Numbered from the stretch's first letter, positions 1 through 12,700 are shown. The stretch: 36,288 bases of DNA from Octopus bimaculoides (GCF_001194135.2 NC_068985.1:8581058-8617345); one strand, 5' to 3'. Notes: generated by a model from the sequence alone, not told the origin. Numbers and translations: made by a program.

Positions 1-87
1 AAGAAGAAGAAGAAGAAGAAGAAGAAGAAGAAGAAGAAGAAGAAGAAGAAGAAGAAGAAGAAGAAGAAGAAGAAGAAGAAGAAGAAG
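1..87. repeat. (AAG)n microsatellite
   Basis: Perfect AAG run from the window start. Confidence 0.99.
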
Positions 88-1223
88 ACGATGATAAGAA
101 GTGTTATCCCAGCAACGAAAAGTGTTAAAATTCTAAGGTTGGCTCAAACGACTTCTCGTATATTCCTTTATATCTTTTCAATCTGCCAGCACAGAACAAA
201 ATGCACATAGTTGAAAGTAGTCAGACTTGAGTGTGTTGTTTAAATACATGTGGTATATCAGACAGTTGACGATCAAAGCTGATTCAGTGCGAGCGAATCG
301 CAGTAGAACTGTTTTATGATGGACGTTATTCACTCGAGGAACGAATTCTGATAACAGGAAACGTCTGTATTTCTATCAATTTTAATGCTGCATGTGAACG
401 TACTTGTTTAAGTGAATAGTAATATTATTGACGTCAAAGCCCATTAGCAAATGGTTGGATAGATCCATCTATATACCTATTGGTAATCAGTTCTATAGAA
501 GTGATCGGTAACTGGTGTCTCTGTAGTGACATGCAAATATTTTCAATAGTGTAACGCCATATTGGAATTCGTAATGACTATACAATCTATACTACATGGA
601 AAACTGTCAGTTCCTTGTGGTCTTTAGTAAGCCACTTCAAAGGTTTATAGTGGTCTAAAATCTATTTAATTTGTAATCTAAAAAAAACGCTGTGGGAGTC
701 AAGTAAGTAAATGGATCTCCGTCTATTTCGACGATGGTTATTAGTTGTTCGGTCAAGTGAATTACGTGCTTACGGAAATAGTAATGGAAACACGTGGCAT
801 ATACGTAATTTTTCAGACTATTTACTGTTACATAAGATTTGTACAAAACCTACCCATGATTTCAGTAATGTTTCTTGCAAGACAAAGTAGCCAAAAATAT
901 TCGATGTATTGTGACCAGGATGTCTCAGCAACATATTTTCACATGATTAACGTATAAGAGAAGTTGGTACGATTACCGCCATGCAACCAGTTGGACGACT
1001 GTAACAGCTGACTACCTTAAGTATCCGTGAACAAGAGGAAAAGCTCACGAACTGATGATGGAAACTATTCTACAATTCGAGAAACTCTTACAGAACTTTT
1101 GAAATAACTCTTAGATAAACATACCACTGAAATCACAATTTTCTTTGCTTGTTTATTTATTTATTTATTTTTTGCGTGTGTTTGCTTTATTTTTAACCCA
1201 GATAAATTTTGAACAGACGTAAC

Positions 1224-1350
1224 TTTTCGAATACAATGCTAACCCGAGACAACTGATTTTCAAAGACAACGTTAACCCCAGACAACTGACTTTCAAAGGA
1301 AATGTTAGCCCTAAACAACTGACTTTCAAAGACAATGTTAGCCCCAGATG
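1224..1350 (+). repeat. 33-bp minisatellite, ~4 copies
   Basis: Unit approx. TTTCAAAGACAATGTTAGCCCCAGACAACTGAC, repeated with a few substitutions. Confidence 0.9.
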
Positions 1351-3504
1351 AGAGACAGGAATGTTCCATTTCTTTTTAATGTAAAAGACTGCAAAATGTG
1401 ATTTCAGTGAAATGTTGTAGCTAATTGTAGCAGCTCCTACACCTTAGATATAGTGGCGATATATTTTTTGCACTTGATAGAATGATGGAAAGAAAACCAA
1501 GAAAGAAAACGGTTCCGATGCTTAAGTTTAAATACTGACATCAGATAAGTAATTCAAAAACAAGTTTATCAATGGCAAACAGCAAAACCAGCAAAACAAC
1601 CACACCCAGCCTTTGTTAGTTGCATTGGGTCTCACGTCCAATTAAACCATATAACCTATAAACCTTTATATCGATACACACTTCTCAAAATCGTAAAATA
1701 TGCAGACGCCAACATGCATATGTGCATGAGAACTTCGCTCAACAAAAATGGTTTTAGGTTCAATCGATATAACTATGCAGTAGGCTGTATAGCTGTCGTT
1801 TACGTAGCGCGAGGTAGATCAATGCGCTAGGAATATCATTGGGAAGAGGAATCTTTGCCGAATCTCATATATGTATATATANNNNNNNNNNNNNNNNNNN
1901 NNNNNNNNNNNNNNNNNNNNNNNNNNNNNNNNNNNNNNNNNNNNNNNNNNNNNNNNNNNNNNNNNNNNNNNNNNNNNNNNNNNNNNNNNNNNNNNNNNNN
2001 NNNNNNNNNNNNNNNNNNNNNNNNNNNNNNNNNNNNNNNNNNNNNNNNNNNNNNNNNNNNNNNNNNNNNNNNNNNNNNNNNNNNNNNNNNNNNNNNNNNN
2101 NNNNNNNNNNNNNNNNNNNNNNNNNNNNNNNNNNNNNNNNNNNNNNNNNNGGAATGTGACATGCGCAGAACAGTGTTGCTATAATAATCAATCTGCTTCA
2201 TGAATTCTTTTCTGTTGTTTATGGCCGGGCGCAGTTTGTTGATAAGGGTCGAGGTTCCAAGATTCTGATATTGCCACTTTTGTGTTGACTAACTTTGATG
2301 GATACCTTGAAGTCCAGGGTCTCGCACTTCTGTAGCCAACAGAAAAGAACTGCATGAAGCAGACTGGTTATTATAACACTACCAGCTTGCGCATGTCACC
2401 TTCTTTCCCGATTTATGTGAGCTACAAATTTTTGCCATCTATCGTTTTTTTACATGTCCTGAAGAAGTAGTTTGAGCCCCGCAATACAGAAATATAAAGT
2501 AAAACTACAATTTTATTTACTTTTCTTTTCGTAGTTTACTTTATATCATCTCGCGTTCAGGCCTTACATAACAAATGCTACGGAGTCTGCCAGCTCACCG
2601 CTCTAGACATATAGTCATATTAAGAGAATGAAACCAAACTAGAAGCTGATAAAGGTCTGTTATGATATAATGAGACAAAGTAAGAATATAAACAGTTGCA
2701 GTCAAATTAAGACAATGTAGACAATAAAAGACAGTTGAAAACATAACACTAAGAAAGATGAAAGTGGCGAATTCAGTAATAGACATAAATAAAGATATAA
2801 ACAGATGAAAACATTAAGGCAACTTAAGACACTGAAGGTATTGAAAAGAGTGAGATATATATATATATAACGACAGATAATGGCTGATGAAGACATTAAA
2901 AACATTAACAGATAAACAATGCCCGATTAATAGAATCGAATATTAAAACAAAAAGAAAGACACAGAAAAGTATTCTAAGAAAACAACGGCAATGAAGATA
3001 ATAACAGGCAGTCAAAGACAGCTTAAGATAGATTAAGACAATGGAGAAAAATAAAGGTAGTACAATGAAAACACTCACTAATTGTAGAAATGGGGAAGAA
3101 TCTCAACTAAAGTTATGGTTTTCTTAAAACTCGTTGAAATAGATAAGGAAATATTGAATCTATCAAATTAGCTCCCCACTTTGCTTTAGTTTAGATTTAT
3201 TCTCGTTAGAGATTTGAAGTATAATGTTCCGACATGGATTACTAACCCAGGAAATGAAAACTACTATTACAGCGAAAATTTATTCCTCTTTTCTCATGCT
3301 ATTTAAACTATATTTATTGTATCTTATTGCGAAGAAAGCTATTTAATTCGAATTTATCTTAATAAAAGAGAATTCTACGTTTACAATCGGAACTATTGCA
3401 TTCAGAAGCACATACTGTTAAAATGCCATGCAACATTTAACGATACATACATACATACATACATACACACACACNNNNNNNNNNNNNNNNNNNNNNNNNN
3501 NNNN

Positions 3505-3545
<41 letters not shown>

Positions 3546-3745
3546 ATTGCCTTGATGAAATGCAACAGCCTGTTCAAAGGCCAATCTAAGTCGCATATTG
3601 GAAAGAAAACAAGAGGAAAGTAAGGAAATTTTGATAAATGTTTGAGGAATTAATATGAAGAAGCGATAATAGCCTAAATTCACTATAAAGAAACTATATG
3701 AGACTGCTTCAGTCTTGAGTAATTGATATAATAGAAAACACAAAA

Positions 3746-3945
3746 CAACCTGCTCGTGAAGTTTACTTGCAAGTCACTGAGCATTCCACAATTGTAGTCT
3801 CCAGAAAACTCTGCGTGACACACAACGTACTACTCATTTTTGCAAGCCGAGTGGACTGGAGCAACGTGAAAGAAAGTGTCTTGCTCAAGAGACAAAACGT
3901 GCCAAGCATCGAACTCACGACCTTGCGATTATGAACCGAATACTC
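3746..3945 (-). mobile_element. tRNA-derived SINE (degenerate, head truncated)
   Basis: Reverse strand reads ...GGTCGTGAGTTCGATGC (B-box-like)...TCTTGAGCAAGACACTTT...TTGCTCCAGTCCACTC, a typical SINE head and body. Confidence 0.75.
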
Positions 3946-5780
3946 TGTTAAACGCGGATGTGAAGGTTTTGGACAGGGTTTTAGCAAAAAGGTTGGCGCG
4001 TGTCGTGAATGGTATAATCGGGGAGGCACAGACATGTGCCATCCCGGGCAGAACCAATCAGGATAATCTCCATCTTATTCGCTACACCATAGAGAGGGTT
4101 AATGATAACTCTGGCAAAGGTGAGGTATGGGTGCATTTAGAGCAATCTAAAGTTTTCGACAGGGTCGACAATCGATACCTGGCGACTATGCTTGCGCGGT
4201 TTGGCCTGGGCTTTGGTTTCCTCAGGTGGTTCATCGCTCTGTATCACAACATTGACTCGATAGTTCGGGTGAACGGTTTCGTTTTGAAGCCGTTCTGCAT
4301 CAGACGTTCGGTTCGTCAAGGATGTCCGATCTCACCACTTTTGTATGTAGTGACTCTTGAGCCCCTACTGCGAAAGTTGAGTGATATCCCGAGAGAACCA
4401 GGTTTAGAGGAGTTTGTTACAGCTTACGCGGACGATATCACCATCAGCGATACCACAGTAGCACGCCTACGTGAAGTTGGTAAGGCTACTGAAGTTTACG
4501 AAACGGTGGCAGGACCAAAGATCAACCGGGAAAAGTCGGTCGGCTTGCAGCTCGGCACCTGGGTTGGCAAGTCCATGCCTTCAGACAGCGCTGTTGGGCG
4601 CTGGACGGAGGGACCAGTTAAGTTGCTCGGAGTTTGGTTTGGACCAGGCCTCCAGACAGAGAAGAACTGGACGGAGCTTTCGAGCAGGGTGGCTGCAATA
4701 GTCAAGACCTGGTCTTAGCGGTGGCTATCCCTGAAAGGGAGGGCGTAGGTGGCCAATGTGTTTGTCGCATCGGTCATTACCTACCGTCTGACAGTCGTGC
4801 CCTGTCCGGATTCGTGGTTGATCAGGCTGGAGAGACAGCTCTTTCGCTTTTTGTGGAAGTGCAGGTCGCCACTTGTGAAATGCTCTGTCTGTTGTCAGAA
4901 GCCGTTAAAGGGATGTTTAGGGATGCCTTGATTAATGATGCACAGGCATGCGTTGAGGTTGAGGCATCTCTGGATTCTACACGTTTTTTTTTATATAGTG
5001 GTTTAGCAGAGCCTGAATGTGACGATGGCCTGAGGGCGACTCTAGGTCTCGGGTATATTCAACTGGACAGCCTTTTTCACCGTACATTCGGGTTGAGAAT
5101 GTTGGATAATTTCCAAAAGTCCTTGACCTGGCAATGTTATAAGGGCGCCTTATAATAGGGAAACCATCTCTCACTCTATTGTCCAGTCCGGAGATATCTG
5201 AAATATGGGTTTATGCTGAACATCTGTCGTCCAGCGAAGGAAGAGTACAGCTGTCGACTGGGTCAATTGTAAAAATTGACCCACCGGAATTTTTAACAAA
5301 TGAAGGTAAGAATTGTTTTCTCACTGTTGTTGCAATAGCGAAAGAAGCAGCATGAAAGACTAGGACAAAAGGGATTAAGACGAGTAACATTATATCCGGC
5401 CACGAGTTAAGATCGTTTTTCGCTTTTCATTTGAAAAGGAAGGTATGGCTGGAGAAGAGGTGTCTGTCGGAGAGAGTGTTAAAAAAAAGATGGAAGCATG
5501 TTGTACGAGTGTTGTGCGCGCAAAGAACCATGTGAATAGGCTATAGAAGAAAAACAAGAGATGAAAGAAGTACCAGCGATATATTGAGGCTTATGGGGTC
5601 GGAGCCTGGCCTGATCATCGCTACATTTGTGTCATATTTGTATTGTGTTTTTCATGCGATTCCTATATATTTTATGTAATTTTTATATTCATATTTATGT
5701 AATATCATAACGTGTTACTGACCCCAATCAGTTGTTTTGTCCTACTTTTTGTATATCCCCGTGGGTAAGAAAGGCATTTA
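3945..5780 (+). mobile_element. 5'-truncated Tx1/L1-clade LINE, pseudogenised ORF2 (RT plus C-terminus) and 3' UTR
   Basis: RT motifs LLNADVKVL..LAKRL, QTCAIPGR, KVFDRV, SVRQGCPISPLLY, AYADDIT and KLLGVWFG. The frame continues through in-frame stops as W.LSLKGRA.VAN, FRFLW, GCLGMP. A C-terminal block (FFAFHLKRKV..EKRCLS) lies at ~5300-5530. Confidence 0.93.
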
Positions 5781-5784
5781 AATT

Positions 5785-5950
5785 GGTATTTCGCCTGTCT
5801 TTACTTCTGAGTTCAAATTCCGCCGAGATAGACTATGCCTTTCATCCTTTCAGGGTCGATAAATTAAGTACCAGTTGCGTACTGGGGTCGATCTAATCGA
5901 CTTGTCCACTCCCCCAAAATTTCGGGCCTTGTGCCTAGAGTAGAAAAAAA
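5785..5950 (+). mobile_element. SINE family A (5'-truncated)
   Basis: CTGAGTTCAAATTCCGCCGAG...GCCTTTCATCCTTTC.GGGTCGATAAATTAAGTACCAG core, shared with many copies in the window. Confidence 0.9.
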
Positions 5951-7984
5951 TATACGATGAAATTTATTTCTCTGTTTCTATATTTCTCGAACAACTTAGA
6001 ACTTTTCTTTTTGTCTTTAAAAAACCTTGCGTAGTGTTTGTATTTTTTCTCTTTTAATTTAGATCCTAATCAAGCTCGAGCAATCATATAACACCATTTC
6101 AATTTCGCTGTTTTACCCTAAGTAAATCAACCAAAATATCTGTCCCAGTGTGTTGCGAATAATGTTTTTAGATTAGACTCATAATCTCTTATTTGTTTTG
6201 TGGTCCTTTCTTGAGACGATTCAGAATTTTCGAAATCTTTCGTTGACATATTTCATTGACAACCTAGAATATTCTGATGAGTTAAGTAAGATTAATATTC
6301 TTGTCACCAAAGTATTTGTTCAAACTGCCATTACATTGTTTGGAGCGACCACAATATTCCAGCGCAGCCATTGAGTGTTTCCTTTCAGCTAAAACACGAG
6401 AAAAAACTCTGTTCTATTTGCTTTTAGAAGTAGTGGGATGGTTTGTTCCTGAATCATAATGTCGTGAAATCTTTCTGGCAATCCAAGTATACAATGCAAA
6501 AATGTTTTCTGTTATCGTTAACATTATTGCGTTCGTTTCACTTTTTCACTTTTATAGTTTCTCTTAACTGATATAATTTTCGAGCATAATAAAAAGCTAG
6601 AGGAAATATTGGAGCTATTTTTTTACTATGATCCATGAAAATTAAGAACCTGCAAAATTATAAACATACGTTCATCATGTAGAGGAATTCAGTATTAGAA
6701 AGAATTGATATAACTAATCAGTGGAATGGAAAGTGCAAAGGAATAAAAAAGTTTTAAAAAATCAACAAAACACACTGTTTTTTTTTACGCAGGCATTAAT
6801 ATTATATTTAAATGCAAAGAAATTGGACAGTATAAAGAGAATGCTTCTTTCAAAAGAAAATAACAGGCAAAAAGAAGGCAAACGGTTGCAATATTATTAA
6901 AGATTACACTTCTAACTTAAGAGAAAACCATCATCAGCTTCGAAATGTAGGCAATAAACTGCTAATAAACCGATTCTTTGTTAGAATCTAGTAATTCTTG
7001 TAGCAATATAATTTTATCAAAAACTTTCATAGAAAACCATTATTAACATAAATCTTTAATCAAAAAGTTAGTAGGATCATTACCTATGGACGTATAAGTT
7101 ACAGTTCAGGCTACTGGAAGCATCCATACTTTTTAATCCCTAGACTTCGCTGGGTGACTGTTACCATTATTTTCTTGCTAATCATAAAAAAATCTGTTTA
7201 TTTTGTCTAGTATGGTACTTATTTTATCGATCTCAATCAGGTGGGTAAGTTATCTTTTCGCGTAGATAGATGCAAATCAATGTATTGTTTACATCAATCA
7301 CATAAACATAAAAATATAAACATTCATACAAAACGTACATAAATACACAGGGGTTACGCAATATAAATGTGTATAACCGTGAATGTGTACACGCACACAC
7401 ACACACGCACACACGAGCACACATTCGAACACATACGCACCCACACACGCACACACACATACACAGAGTTTCTTTCTTTAAAGTATGGGTCAACAAAGAA
7501 GTTCCAATCAGAGAAACTTACCCAAGAGTAATTTATTTTAGAATAAACCGCTTTTGTACAGGTATATAAGATGATTTCTGGAAGTGAACTACATGTAAAT
7601 AATATTATTTCGAGTGTGAATCGAAAGTGATCCAAAGGTGAAATGCTGAAACGCTGTGGTTTAAAGCGCATCACAGGTCAGCAAATCATGAAGGTGATTA
7701 TAATGCGACACATTGTAATCGGTTATTTCACGATTTATGGGATCCGATGATGTATATAAGAGAAAAGAGCGTTACTCGTTAGCATATACTATTATGTAAA
7801 AAGCACACACGCATGCGCGCATACAGGAGATACAATTATTTTGATACACTCAACAGCTGATGAAGATTCTATTTAATTACATCTTATTTGTAAAAAAAAC
7901 ATTAGGAAACGCCGAATAACATAGCCGTAGGTAACTAGTTACATTAAATCTGGAAGTTAAGTAAACATGGTCTCACTTCATATA

Positions 7985-8057
7985 CAGAGTGTACATAAAA
8001 TCCCTTTACAATACTGAGATTAAAATTTTGAAGTTGTAAAGATTTATGGACACACTG
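7985..8057. mobile_element. mini-MITE, Tc1/mariner-like termini
   Basis: Imperfect ~27-bp TIRs: CAGAGTGTACATAAAATCCCTTTACAA and TTGTAAAGATTTATGGACACACTG. TA precedes the left end; the right TA is absent. Confidence 0.65.
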
Positions 8058-8264
8058 CCTATCGGGTCATAGATCTGTTCGATTTGAAGAATGCAGATAT
8101 ATCACAGCAACAACAACAACAACAACAGCAAATGAAATACTTTTGCCTGTTTATCAGGCCTGCTAGATATAAGAATCAAATGCTCCTGAAATCCTTAAAT
8201 CGCACATTGCTCTTGTTTTCTTTTTAAAGAAAGAAACATGAACTAAATTCGGACATTCACTTAC

Positions 8265-8317
8265 TTCAGTGCTTTTAATCCTATCTCCACTCGATCAGAG
8301 GTGACCTGGAGGTTAAT
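8265..8317 (-). other. candidate 53-nt exon (INLQVTSDRVEIGLKAL..), gene unknown
   Basis: Minus strand: CCTCTTTGCCTTCTCATTTGTAG|exon|GTAAGTG. Both splice signals are strong and only one frame is open. Confidence 0.4.
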
Positions 8318-8800
8318 CTACAAATGAGAAGGCAAAGAGGTAACACGTACACGTAACATACAGGCTAATGTTTATGTAACATATTGAATTGAATATCAGA
8401 AACGCAAACAAATTTTCAGTCGAAGGGAGTTTTCAAACTTAGTTTGTAATTAACGTTATATAATAATCATAACAATTATTATATATAAACAGATACATTT
8501 GGCAAATAAAGGATATGATATCGATCTATAAAAAATGTCCATATTTAAAAGAATTATAAGGCATGTTCAGAAATATTTCTGAAGGAGAATAAAGAGTTAA
8601 GTTGAAGAGATGATGTGTAAAACATCCAACTTGTACACACAAACGACGCTAGGAGTCGTAGACTTCCCTTTTGGAATTCTCCTTTTTTCTTTTTATCCAG
8701 TTTGCCAACAATTCATTTAAAAGATCAGTGTAGAAACTGTTAGAGGCATAGTTGTACAAGGAAAATTTATTTCACTCAGCTGTTGCCGTGTGAAAAGAGG

Positions 8801-8831
<31 letters not shown>

Positions 8832-9344
8832 CATATAACATAATGCAAAGAATTGACAAATCTATAACAAAAACTGTAATAAAATGAGAAAAGAATCAAT
8901 TAGAATAAAAAAGAACGAAAATAGATTCTGAATACAACAGACTATATTGATTTCGAAAGAAATAGTTGAATTGTAATACATATTTTTTAAAGTTTTTATT
9001 TGAATGCTTGCTTCTAACTCAGAATATATATAAATGGTGCAAGTAAATCAAAAATAAATGCTTGAAAGAGGGTTAGTAAACAAGTTGAGTCTGAGTCTGT
9101 TGTAGAAAAAAAAAAAAAAAGAAAACATTACTAGCGTGGCCTGAGAAAAAGAAGGCTGAGGGCAGTGTCTCATATTTATACATTGCTAAATCTATAGCAG
9201 ACAGCTGTTTCTTCTCATTGTTAGCATTTCTTTGATATTTAAAAGCAACTTATGAAGTTATTTCATAAATATACGTAATACATAGATCTGCTTATTCGTA
9301 AGCTCATATAAATATGTATACAGGTATTTGTGTGTGTGTGTGTG

Positions 9345-9417
<73 letters not shown>

Positions 9418-9878
9418 NNNNNNNNNNNNNNNNNNNNNNNNNNNNNNNNNNNNNNNNNNNNNNNNNNNNNNNNNNNNNNNNNNNNNNNNNNNNNNNNNNN
9501 NNNNNNNNNNNNNNNNNNNNNNNNNNNNNNNNNNNNNNNNNNNNNNNNNNNNNNNNNNNNNNNNNNNNNNNNNNNNNNNNNNNNNNNNNNNNNNNNNNNN
9601 NNNNNNNNNNNNNNNNNNNNNNNNNNNNNNNNNNNNNNNNNNNNNNNNNNNNNNNNNNNNNNNNNNNNNNNNNNNNNNNNNNNNNNNNNNNNNNNNNNNN
9701 NNNNNNNNNNNNNNNNNNNNNNNNNNNNNNNNNNNNNNNNNNNNNNNNNNNNNNNNNNNNNNNNNNNNNNNNNNNNNNNNNNNNNNNNNNNNNNNNNNNN
9801 NNNNNNNNNNNNNNNNNNNNNNNNNNNNNNNNNNNNNNNNNNNNNNNNNNNNNATATATATATATATATATATATAAA

Positions 9879-10640
9879 TACTATCTGGTGTACCCGGTAA
9901 TTCCCGAGAGTAAAGATGATCTATTGAAGCGCCTTATTACTTTTATATAAGAGAGAAATTTCTTTATAACTGCCACAAAAGGTGAATTTTCTGTCATGAA
10001 AAAGTAGAAAAAACTGTCAGTTGGAGGAGGGAGAGATTGTTGGAGGTTGGTGAGAGGCAAAGACATTATTCTGCTTAGCGAAGGTATCTGGAAAATGTAT
10101 CACTACTGTCATTCACAGAAAACCTATTATTTTACCGTGAACAAACTGTGAATAGTGAAATGTAGAAGTAGGTCGGTTGATCGTGAGAATCAAATATTTA
10201 TCACTTCGCTAAACACGGCAGGTGGTATGGGTTATTTCCCCTAGGTTGTTTAAATAAAATATTAGTAATATGTAGTAGATAGAAGGATCCACTGAAAGGG
10301 CCCTATACTCGATTTTTTTTCAACAAAGTAAGTATGTCACGAGGGTCCCAAACATGAGTTCTACTCATGTGTCAAATAAAGTATAAAAGTGATTTTGTCT
10401 GTAAAAATTAGAAATAGGACACACAAAAATTCAATATTCAAAGTAATCAGACATAAACAATGAAATGGGTTATTTCCCTTGAGTGTTTAAAAATATTGTA
10501 CATATGCTATGGGTTATTTCCCTTTGGTGCTTTAAAAATCGTTATATGAGGTAGATATAAAGGTCCCTTCTTCGGGACGTATTATCGATTTTTTCAACAA
10601 TCTAAATATGTCACGAGATTTCCAGACATGAGTTCTACAC
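9879..10640 (+). mobile_element. interspersed repeat, Helitron/Helentron-like non-autonomous element (copy 1)
   Basis: Colinear with 34805-35625. Starts TACTA..GTGTACCCGGTAATT and has internal duplicated blocks (ATGGGTTATTTCCC; TATGTCACGAG..CATGAGTTCTAC). The repeat status is seen directly; the Helitron class is inferred from the ACTAG..CCCG-type start. Confidence 0.55.
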
Positions 10641-10910
10641 ACTGTCAAGATCCATTAAAATCAATACAACGATGTAGGAGAGGTTAGCTAACAACGCCAC
10701 AAACAAACACACACTGATTTTCCACATATGTAGCATATATATAGATNNNNNNNNNNNNNNNNNNNNNNNNNNNNNNNNNNNNNNNNNNNNNNNNNNNNNN
10801 NNNNNNNNNNNNNNNNNNNNNNNNNNNNNNNNNNNNNNNNNNNNNNNNNNNNNNNNNNNNNNNNNNNNNNNNNNNNNNNNNNNNNNNATGTGTGTGTGTG
10901 TGTGTATGTG

Positions 10911-10941
<31 letters not shown>

Positions 10942-11019
10942 GTATGTATATATATATATATGTGTATTTGTGTATGTATGTATGTATGCATGTATGTGTG
11001 TGTGTTTGTGTTTGTCTAC

Positions 11020-11205
11020 CACCCTCGCTTAACATCTGATGTTGGTGTGTTTAGCTTCCCGTGCCTTAGAGGTTCGGAAAAAGTGACCGATGGAATAAGC
11101 ACTAGGCTTTCATAGAGTACGTCCTGGGGTCGATTTGCTCGACTAAAGGGGGTGCTCCAGCATGGCCGCAGTCAAATGACTGAAGCAAATAAAAGAATAG
11201 AGTAC
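11020..11205 (+). mobile_element. SINE family B, 3' part
   Basis: Ends GGTGCTCCAGCATGGCCGCAGTCAAATGACTGAAGCAAATAAAAGAATA. Reverse-complement relatives lie at 30465-30630 and 32165-32345. Confidence 0.8.
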
Positions 11206-11371
11206 ATACTATACATAAGTTACATAAATAAAACCGATCATGGATCCTGATGTATAACATTTGAGGTAAATTTTGCAAATATCTCTGATAGGAACGTTTT
11301 TACTATAGACAAAACGCCTAAAATGTTCGGAGAAGGGGTTAATTAATTTCCTCAATACTAAACTGATACTT

Positions 11372-11625
11372 ATTAGATCGAACCCGAGAGGATGAAACGG
11401 AAACTCGACCTCGGCGGGATTTGAATGCATAGCGTATAATCCGGCGTACTATCCATTCTGCTAGATCACTGCCCTAAATATGTGTGGTAATATCGGTTTT
11501 AAATTTTGGCACATAGCCTGCAATTTAGTTGAAGTGGTTCAGTCGAATATAGCAAGACCAGTACTGAATTGCTACTCACTTTATCGACCCTCAAAGGATG
11601 AAAATCAGAGTTGACCTCGGAATAT
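11372..11625 (-). mobile_element. two degenerate SINE family A fragments
   Basis: GGATGAAA..AAA.TCGACCTCGGCGG.ATTTGAA and TTTATCGACCCTCAAAGGATGAAA..GTTGACCTCGG motifs. Confidence 0.7.
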
Positions 11626-11659
11626 CTGTGGTAATATAAAAATAATTGACTGATAATAT

Positions 11660-11930
11660 CAACTACAGAGCTTCAAATGAACTTTAAAATAACCGAGATT
11701 TCTTAGTGACGATGAGGACAGGTCTGAAAGGTTTAGTGTTCTTTGAAAATGCAAGAAATATTTTTTAACAAAATACAAATTACCTCAATAAAAAGATATG
11801 ACCGGAACACAGTCGTTTTCAACTACAGAGCTTCAAATGCAGATAATAAGAGCAGATACTTCTTAGAGACGATGAGGACAGATCTGAAAGGTCAGTGTTC
11901 TTTGAAAGTGCAAGGAATATTTTTAAAAAA
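11660..11930 (+). repeat. tandem duplication, 160-bp period
   Basis: CAACTACAGAGCTTCAAATG at 11660 and 11820, each followed by GACGATGAGGACAG.TCTGAAAGGT...TGTTCTTTGAAA.TGCAAG. Confidence 0.9.
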
Positions 11931-12249
11931 TAAAGATAACCCACATACGCATATATATANNNNNNNNNNNNNNNNNNNNNNNNNNNNNNNNNNNNNNNNN
12001 NNNNNNNNNNNNNNNNNNNNNNNNNNNNNNNNNNNNNNNNNNNNNNNNNNNNNNNNNNNNNNNNNNNNNATATATAGTCAAGGAACTATAGTTCCTTAAG
12101 GGATGCAAATATCTTCGTTCTCCAGCTTATACCAGTGTTCAGTGAAAACTAAGTATATTGTAACAACGGTTCCAAGGAACGCTTGCATTCAAGAAAACAC
12201 ACACATCTGAGTTTGTCGTAGGTTAATCTAAACGTCGAAATGATTATTA

Positions 12250-12700
12250 AAAGCAAGAGACAACTGCAATCCCTAAAAAGAATTACTCACTAGCGCCAAA
12301 TTACCTACCAAAAATACAACCCTACAAGTCAAAAGGTGCAACCATCCTAACTGCGGAACTTGCATCTTGCTCTTAGAGGGCTCAACATACAAATTTAAGT
12401 CAGGTCAAACTTTTACCATAAAATATGACTTCACCTGTGCTTCAAAGAACTATGTTCTCAAATGTGGAGATTGTGGTGGTGACTACATTGGTCAAACTAG
12501 TTTAATTTGAGGGATAGACTTACGGTGCACAGGCAACAAATCCGGGACCCCACCACTAGGAAAATTCCCGTAAGCAAGCACCTAGACCAATGCCACGTAG
12601 ACATAAACCCTAAATACCAAATCTCCCCTTTCTATCAATGCACTGGAAACGCTTCAACCCAATTCGTTTAAATAAAGAAGACATACTGATCGACAGCTAA
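12250..12700 (+). mobile_element. Penelope-like element fragment, GIY-YIG endonuclease (frameshifted)
   Basis: My translation: IKSKRQ..L..LLTSAKL...VKRCNHPNCGTC...FTCASKN-YVLKCGDCGGDYIGQT / LRDRLTVHRQQIRDP...PVSKHL..C. This matches the PLE CCHH-associated GIY-YIG pattern. Confidence 0.9.

Noticed and set aside
1836-2203. ORFs spanning N-runs (also near 9.3-9.9, 10.7, 12.0, 17.7, 21.6-22.1, 25.1-25.8 and 29.0 kb)
   Set aside because: They are artefacts of assembly gaps and flanking microsatellites (poly-X, IYIY, VCVC).
2590-3060. Purine-rich tract with recurring TTAAGACA/AAGACA words
   Set aside because: No stable period; treated as low-complexity sequence.
3876-4718. 280-aa ORF as an intact RT gene
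   Set aside because: The N-terminal ~23 codons come from an antisense SINE, and the RT continues through in-frame stops downstream. It is a truncated dead LINE.
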